From NCBI GenBank assembly GCA_963557775.1, contig CAUWDH010000020.1:2052-66051 (forward strand): 64,000 bases of DNA. Reading direction: 5' to 3'. Positions 58,467 to 64,000 of the stretch are shown here, in pieces. The stretch is from an uncultured Sarcina sp. Its GTDB lineage: Bacteria; Bacillota; Clostridia; Clostridiales; Clostridiaceae. The position numbers and the translations under genes are program-made. The notes under the pieces are model-generated. The model had not been told where the DNA came from and did not search any database. It worked only from the letters and a program-made list of their open reading frames with translations. Positions within the stretch are counted from its first letter, which is position 1. Every line of letters begins with the position of its first letter.

Positions 58467-60203
58467 CTACATTTTAGTCCATAATTCTAAGGCTCTTGAA
58501 ACTAAACTTTCTTGTCTAGCTTCTAATACTTCCATATTCCAATCCTTATTTGAGAATATTTCTTTACTTATTTCAAATTCACTTTTCTTGCTTAAGTATT
58601 GTTCAACTTTCTCTAAGAAAGGCTTATTATTAACTCTTGTATTCTTAGCTCCTGTAATTAAAACAAGATTTCCAAATTTATTTACCCAATTTCTTCTTTG
58701 GTCAGCTTTAAAATTACTTACCCAATATAAATCCTTTGAATTTCTTGGCAGTATGTGCTCTATCATTAGCTTATTACTAATTTCTAGTTCTTTTCCTTCT
58801 ATTAATTCAAGTTCCAATCTTAAGAAAACATACTTTGGAACTGTCATTCTACCTTTACTATAAAAATCTATATCATTTAATGCATTTTTAAAGTAATTTA
58901 CTGTTCTATCTAAATCACCAATAAATACATCATGGTTCTTTAGTTCTTCTAAAGAAGATACTTCATCTATGGCTTCTATTATCTTATATACTCTATCTAA
59001 TCTTTCAGCAAATGCATTACCATTTACCCAATCAATAACAACTCTCTTCTCTAAGATTTTTAAGAATTCTACAGTTGCTTCGTCATTATTAAACTTCTCT
59101 ATAAATCTTATTAAAGCTGCTATCCACTCATCATATGGAAGTAACTCTTTCATTATGTTTACTAAATTTTTATAATATACAGCTTTATTTTTATCAGTAA
59201 CATTTACAGTTCCATCAACAACATAAGTGCTATATATTTCTTTTAAACTATGCATATGATTTATAAATTCTTCACCTATATATTCTTCTTTATTTAAGAA
59301 TATATTTTTAGCAAATTCATCATATAAGCTTTCATCTGCCTTTGCTTTTAAAATCATAGCTCTCATATAGCCTATAAGTTTTTCAATTCCATCTTTACCT
59401 AAGTCTATTTCATCATTTTCCCATATTTCAGTGAAATCTTTTCTTCTCTCTATATTAATAACTCTTAAGTTCTCACTCTTAAGTAAATCTGAATTTGTTA
59501 AAGGTAAACCTCTAGAGTTTATTACATTGAATAATCTAAATGCTGATTCAAAAGTATTAGTTGTTATAACTACTAATACTACCTTTTGAAGAAGGTATTT
59601 TATAAATGCATTTAATTTTTCTTCTAAAACATTTCCTTCTTCATCAGAAAAGCTTGTCTTAAAAATCTTAATAGCATTTATCATATTTTTCTTAGCTTCA
59701 CTTAATTCTTCTTCATCTAAATTTGAAATTAAATTAGTTCCACCTTCTGTTAAAATATATTCCTTAAAGAAATCACTTTCTTTTCCTCTTACCTTAACTC
59801 TTATACTTTCTTTAATTCCCATAAGCTCATTTGCTTCTTGATATATTAAAGAACCTAATACTTTTTTATATTCTTCGCTAGCTATCATATCTCTAATAGT
59901 AGCAATTAACATTATTATTGATGTAAGTCTTTGTTGTCCATCTATAACATCATAACGTCCCCAACCATCATCTTTATATTCTTTTGAACATAAAACTATG
60001 CTTCCTATAAAATAAGGTTCGTAGCTTTCAAACTCTCTATCTTTATTTAAAGTAATTGATAATTCTATATCATCTACTAACTGCTTTAAATTTTCCTCAG
60101 TCCATGAATATGCTCTTTGATAATCTGGTATTTCAAAAACAAACTTAGGGCTTAAAAGGTCTTTTATATAATATTCTTTAGCTTTTATATTTTCAGTAAA
60201 CAA
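58467..60203 (-). CDS. DUF262 (ParB/NTPase-like) plus DUF1524 (His-Me nuclease) protein, GmrSD-like type IV restriction candidate
   Basis: N-terminal IPDYQRAYSW and DGQQRLTS motifs. C-terminal IEHILPRN...KFGNLVLITGAKNTRVNNKPF. The likely start is TTG 60203, 7 nt after GGGAGG; the tracked ORF starts at TTG 60218. Confidence 0.8.
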   Translation of the reverse strand: MFTENIKAKEYYIKDLLSPKFVFEIPDYQRAYSWTEENLKQLVDDIELSITLNKDREFESYEPYFIGSIVLCSKEYKDDGWGRYDVIDGQQRLTSIIMLIATIRDMIASEEYKKVLGSLIYQEANELMGIKESIRVKVRGKESDFFKEYILTEGGTNLISNLDEEELSEAKKNMINAIKIFKTSFSDEEGNVLEEKLNAFIKYLLQKVVLVVITTNTFESAFRLFNVINSRGLPLTNSDLLKSENLRVINIERRKDFTEIWENDEIDLGKDGIEKLIGYMRAMILKAKADESLYDEFAKNIFLNKEEYIGEEFINHMHSLKEIYSTYVVDGTVNVTDKNKAVYYKNLVNIMKELLPYDEWIAALIRFIEKFNNDEATVEFLKILEKRVVIDWVNGNAFAERLDRVYKIIEAIDEVSSLEELKNHDVFIGDLDRTVNYFKNALNDIDFYSKGRMTVPKYVFLRLELELIEGKELEISNKLMIEHILPRNSKDLYWVSNFKADQRRNWVNKFGNLVLITGAKNTRVNNKPFLEKVEQYLSKKSEFEISKEIFSNKDWNMEVLEARQESLVSRALELWTKM

Positions 60204-60390
60204 TTTTTTTCCTCCCAATCTACACCTATTAGCAAAATTATCTAAATTAAACAGTGGGTATTACCTCTGAATAAAATTTTATACTTTTCCATATCTACCT
60301 ACATATGTAAATATAAGACTTAAAAATAGACTTTTAATTATTTTCTATAGAAAATATTTTAATAGGACACATTGTCCTTATATTTACAAC

Positions 60391-60418
60391 AAAAAAAGCC
60401 CATAATAAGGCTTTTATT
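60391..60418 (-). terminator. Weak terminator after the MutS-like gene
   Basis: AAAGCC pairs with GGCTTT, with a 7-nt loop and flanking A/T runs. Confidence 0.45.
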
Positions 60419-60490
60419 TTCTTATGTTAACTTTTTTTAATTATATCAAATTTTACTCTCTTTGTCTAAGTCTTTATATTTAACTAATCA

Positions 60491-62281
60491 TTATATATCT
60501 ATACCAGCCATTTTCATTAAATATCTAGCATTTCTTGTAGTTGATACACCATCTCTTAACTTATAGTCAAATTCTAATTTATTATTTTTATAATATTCTC
60601 TAAAATTATAATTTACTATTTCTTTTGTTCTTTCTTCTAAAGTACACAGCTCTAAGTCATGAGTGGAGACAAGTCCCATACTTTTTCCTTTTAATAATTG
60701 ATTAATTAAAACTCTAGCTCCTTCATGTCTATCAATAGAATTAGTTCCCTTAAATATTTCATCTAATAAAAATAAGACCTTTTTATCATTTTTCACTGCT
60801 TCTACTACCATTTTTACTCTAAGTATTTCTGCATAAAAAGAAGAAATATTTTCATCTAAATTATCACCCGTTCTCATACAGCTATATATATCCATTATTG
60901 GTAATGAAAATTCTTTTGCTTTAACAGGTAATCCTAAGTAGGATAAAAATGAATTAAATCCTATAGTTCTTAAAAAAGTACTCTTACCAGACATATTTGA
61001 ACCAGTTATAAGTGCTACTCTTTTTTCTTTATCTAAATTAAAATCATTAGATATGGCTACACCTTTAATCATAGGATGACTTATTTCTTTTCCCTTTATT
61101 GCAAAGTTTTCTACTATAATAGGTAAAACATATCCATCTCTTTCTCTAGCTAAAATTGATAAGCTTTCTAAGGCTTCAAATTCTCCAAAGCTTTCTAAAT
61201 ACCCTCTAATTTTTTTCCCTTCTGATTTTCTCCACTTTTCTGTTTTATATAAAATTTGAAAATCCCAATATAACATACCATTTAAAACTATATAAAATAT
61301 ATTCCTTCTATCATAAAGCCAGGATGTAATGTTATATAACTTTTTTATTGATAGGCTAGCAGGTTCTTTATCTTTTAAATTATCTTTAATATTATTTAAC
61401 TTTTTAGTCTTAAAATTAGAATTCTCTATTAATTCTAATGCTTTAACATAACCTCCCATACTTCTTTTTATATTTTCAAATAATTCAAGATTTTTATTTA
61501 TATCTTTATTTCCTAATTTTAATATCCCTAAATTAGCCATAAATAATATTAAAAAATATAAAAAACTCATTTTCCCAATTATCATAAAAATAAAGGCTAT
61601 TATTGTTAAAATAGGACCTAATATTCTTATTAAATTTAGGGGATTTCCTAGAAAGCTATAATTTTCATCTTCACAAAATTTTATAAAATCTTCTTCATTA
61701 AACCCTTTTTTATTATCTTTAATTAAAGCTGAATATATATTTTCTCTAAGTTCTATATTGTTAGATAATTCTTTTAGAACTTTTTGATTTTCAATAATCT
61801 CTTCTTTAGATGTTTTTCCACTATTACATAAAATATCTTTTAATTTTTTTCTCCCATAAGAACTTCCAGTTATATTAATCCATTGAAAAAAAGAAGCATT
61901 TCCAAATATATTTAAATCATTTATAAAAGGATGATTTAAATCTAAAAACTCTTCTCCTTTATCCTCAAAACTTCTCCACTCACCATTTAATCTACATATA
62001 TCATCTTTATTGAGTTTAATAGAACGTTCCTCAAACACTTTCTTATAAATTATTTGTTCGTGAATTTTAGCTAATACAAAAAATACTATTAGTATTATTA
62101 ATTCTATAACAAAGAAAATGCTATTAAAATTTTTCTTGTATCCATAGTAAATTACTCCTATAAAACAAATTCCTAAAATTAATCTAATAATACTAATTAA
62201 ATTATATCTTTTATTAAGAATATTAAGCCTTTCTTCCTTTTCTCTTATTCTGTTGTTGTACGAAACTTCTTCATTAATCAT
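60491..62281 (-). CDS. Membrane-anchored MutS-domain-V ATPase (MutS-related; no mismatch-binding domain, no Smr)
   Basis: About four TM helices in the N-terminal 260 aa. The C-terminal ABC-type ATPase has ITGSNMSGKSTFLRTIG, LLDEIFKGTNSIDR and STHDLEL. Confidence 0.75.
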   Translation of the reverse strand: MINEEVSYNNRIREKEERLNILNKRYNLISIIRLILGICFIGVIYYGYKKNFNSIFFVIELIILIVFFVLAKIHEQIIYKKVFEERSIKLNKDDICRLNGEWRSFEDKGEEFLDLNHPFINDLNIFGNASFFQWINITGSSYGRKKLKDILCNSGKTSKEEIIENQKVLKELSNNIELRENIYSALIKDNKKGFNEEDFIKFCEDENYSFLGNPLNLIRILGPILTIIAFIFMIIGKMSFLYFLILFMANLGILKLGNKDINKNLELFENIKRSMGGYVKALELIENSNFKTKKLNNIKDNLKDKEPASLSIKKLYNITSWLYDRRNIFYIVLNGMLYWDFQILYKTEKWRKSEGKKIRGYLESFGEFEALESLSILARERDGYVLPIIVENFAIKGKEISHPMIKGVAISNDFNLDKEKRVALITGSNMSGKSTFLRTIGFNSFLSYLGLPVKAKEFSLPIMDIYSCMRTGDNLDENISSFYAEILRVKMVVEAVKNDKKVLFLLDEIFKGTNSIDRHEGARVLINQLLKGKSMGLVSTHDLELCTLEERTKEIVNYNFREYYKNNKLEFDYKLRDGVSTTRNARYLMKMAGIDI

Positions 62282-62365
62282 AATTTTTCCCCTTACATAA
62301 ATTAAAGTTTATAAAATTAAAATATTCCCTATTACTTATTATACTAATTATACCTTTTAATGAAA

Positions 62366-62392
62366 AAGATGAGAATTAAATATTCTCATCTT
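62366..62392 (-). terminator. Terminator after the zinc-binding lipoprotein gene
   Basis: AAGATGAGAAT (62366-62376) pairs with ATTCTCATCTT (62382-62392). Confidence 0.7.
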
Positions 62393-62424
62393 TTTATATT
62401 ATTCTTTTTATGTTAAATTTTATT

Positions 62425-63366
62425 TTATATATTTTCATAAATTGTTTCTAAATTACTTTTCATAGTATCTAAATAACCTTTTCCTGAACTATTTGTTTCT
62501 AAGCTTGATATTTTTACTACCTTTGCTCCAACTTCATTTGCTAGAGTTTGAGATAATTTTTCACTTGCTGTTTCTGGCATAAAAACTGTTTTTATATTAT
62601 TAACCTTACAATATTCAACTAAGTTTTTAAGTTCTTTTGGAGTTACTTCCCCTTCACCAAAAACGCCTTCTAAGCTTCTTTGTTCTAAACCAAAATCTCT
62701 ACATAAATATGCAAAAGCTGCATGACCTGTTATAAAATCTTTTTTATTTTTAGAATTAAACTTTTCTTTATATTCCTCTTTTAAATTTTTTAGCTCTGTA
62801 GCAAAATTATTATAATTTCCTTCATAATAACTCTTATTTTTAGGATCTATCTTCACTAATGCATCTCTTATTAAAGCACACTGTTTTGTTGCTTCATCTA
62901 AGCCAAGCCATATATGTGGATCTTCTTGACCATGATTATGACCACTATGATCTACATGTTCATGCCCTTCTTCATGTTCATCTTCAGTATTAGCTATAAC
63001 ATTGGCATTTTTAGAACTATTTACAATAACTAAGTTCTTATTTTCTATATTTTTAATAACCTTATCTACCCAATTTTCCATTTGCAATCCATTATAAATA
63101 AATAAATCTGATTCATTTAATTTAACAATATCCTTGGCCTTAGGTTCAAAATCATGTGGTTCTGCTCCATCAGGAACCATAGTTCTTACATTTACCTTAT
63201 TTCCCCCTATAATTTTTGCAAACTCTTCTATTGGATATATGCTTGTCATTACTTCTATTTTATTATTATCTTCTTTATTTACTTTTTCAGTTTTATTACA
63301 TCCTATCATTGATATTAACAATGTTGCTATTACAATAGCTCCAAAAAATACTTTTCTTTTCATCAC
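62425..63366 (-). CDS. Metal (probably zinc) ABC transporter substrate-binding lipoprotein, ZnuA/AdcA family
   Basis: Lipobox SMIGC and a His/Glu-rich loop EDEHEEGHEHVDHSGHNHGQEDPH in a cluster-9 SBP scaffold. No permease or ATPase gene is adjacent. Confidence 0.8.
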   Translation of the reverse strand: MMKRKVFFGAIVIATLLISMIGCNKTEKVNKEDNNKIEVMTSIYPIEEFAKIIGGNKVNVRTMVPDGAEPHDFEPKAKDIVKLNESDLFIYNGLQMENWVDKVIKNIENKNLVIVNSSKNANVIANTEDEHEEGHEHVDHSGHNHGQEDPHIWLGLDEATKQCALIRDALVKIDPKNKSYYEGNYNNFATELKNLKEEYKEKFNSKNKKDFITGHAAFAYLCRDFGLEQRSLEGVFGEGEVTPKELKNLVEYCKVNNIKTVFMPETASEKLSQTLANEVGAKVVKISSLETNSSGKGYLDTMKSNLETIYENI

Positions 63367-63482
63367 TTCACCCCTTGCAACTGATTTGCATTTCTATTTA
63401 ATAATAAATATATTTCTATGCATTGTCAATTGATACTACTAATTTAATTATTATCTTTTTTCATAAAATTATCCCTAAATAC

Positions 63483-63527
63483 AAAAAAAAGATGAGTCAA
63501 TATCTAAATATAGATAAAGTCTCATCT
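63483..63527 (-). terminator. Terminator after the SASP gene
   Basis: AGATGAG pairs with CTCATCT around a 20-nt loop, with T8 on the minus strand. Confidence 0.55.
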
Positions 63528-63550
63528 CTTATTAGTAAAAAGCTAGTAGA

Positions 63551-63733
63551 TTATTTTAAATTACTTTCGTATTCTTCTACCATTCTTTTTACCATTTCAC
63601 CACCAACGGAACCACATTGTCTTGAAGTTAAATTACCGTTGTAATCACTAAATGGTACTCCTAGTTCATTTGCTACTTCTTCTTTAAAAGCAGCTAATCC
63701 GTTTTTTGCTTCTGGAACTAATGCTTTTGACAT
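63551..63733 (-). CDS. ssp: Alpha/beta-type small acid-soluble spore protein
   Basis: MSKALVPEAKNGLAAFKEEVANELGVPF...LTSRQCGSVGGEMVKRMVE, the canonical SASP motifs. Confidence 0.95.
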   Translation of the reverse strand: MSKALVPEAKNGLAAFKEEVANELGVPFSDYNGNLTSRQCGSVGGEMVKRMVEEYESNLK

Positions 63734-63961
63734 AATGAATTCCTCCTTTGGTTTTGGCTTTTATTTTGTAAGTTATTTTGTAAGTTATAGATTAACTATT
63801 TCTTACACTATTATATTGTCCATTCATAATGGTTTAATTCTAGGAAATTAGAGGTAAAAATTTTTTTTATTTTCTTTTGTAATATTTTAATTATGAAAAC
63901 ATATAATTGTAAAGGATTAGAAATTATATAAATTATTAAATTTTTTAAAGGAGGTTTTTAA

Positions 63962-64000
63962 ATGAAAAAAATTCTTTTAATTTGTTCTGCTGGAATGTCA
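63962..64000 (+). CDS. PTS lactose/cellobiose-family IIB component, 5' end only
   Basis: AGGAGG SD then MKKILLICSAGMS (active-site Cys motif). Truncated by the window edge. Confidence 0.6.
   Translation, partial: MKKILLICSAGMS

Noticed and set aside
63367-63440. Zur/AdcR operator upstream of the zinc-binding lipoprotein gene
   Set aside because: I saw only a direct repeat ATTTCTAT x2 and a TCAATTGA palindrome. Neither matches the TCGTAAT-N-ATTACGA or TTAAC-N-GTTAA consensus sequences I know.
63423-63644. 73-aa plus-strand ORF overlapping the SASP gene and its terminator
   Set aside because: It is antisense to a canonical alpha/beta SASP and has a low-complexity translation.

Overview
Low-GC Firmicute chromosome, and the gene content and order fit Clostridium sensu stricto. 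About 50 genes are present, nearly all on the minus strand. The conserved core reads: rRNA methyltransferase; selD-selA-selB; comEA; a DD-carboxypeptidase; rluD; LCP; yqeK; yhbY; obg; rpmA-prp-rplU with a structured leader; rng; a radical-SAM pair; spoIVFB plus an M23 protein; rodA; minEDC; two tandem giant PBP2 paralogs; mreDCB; radC; maf; SPOR; NlpC/P60; pepD; pyk; an S1 protein; DUF2334; yaaA; a DinG-like helicase. Two accessory patches stand out. (1) At 0.3-5.8 kb a 1310-aa YobI/KAP-like membrane P-loop NTPase sits between a decayed GNAT gene and an IS3 OrfA remnant. (2) At 55.7-62.3 kb lie a DEDDh exonuclease with a Zn-ribbon, a split UvrD-like P-loop domain joined to an intact LexA-type S24 autoprotease module, a DUF262/DUF1524 (GmrSD-like) nuclease and a membrane-anchored MutS-domain-V ATPase. 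Non-coding signals: a ~125-nt two-hairpin intergenic element in at least 7 copies with strong orientation and position bias relative to the downstream start codon; a ~310-nt nested hairpin between pyk and the S1 gene; a recurring GGATGTATCAAA terminator motif; and selD as a UGA-encoded selenoprotein that the ORF track truncates. I found no rRNA, tRNA (including selC) or CRISPR array. All function calls rest on motif recognition by eye, not on database searches.
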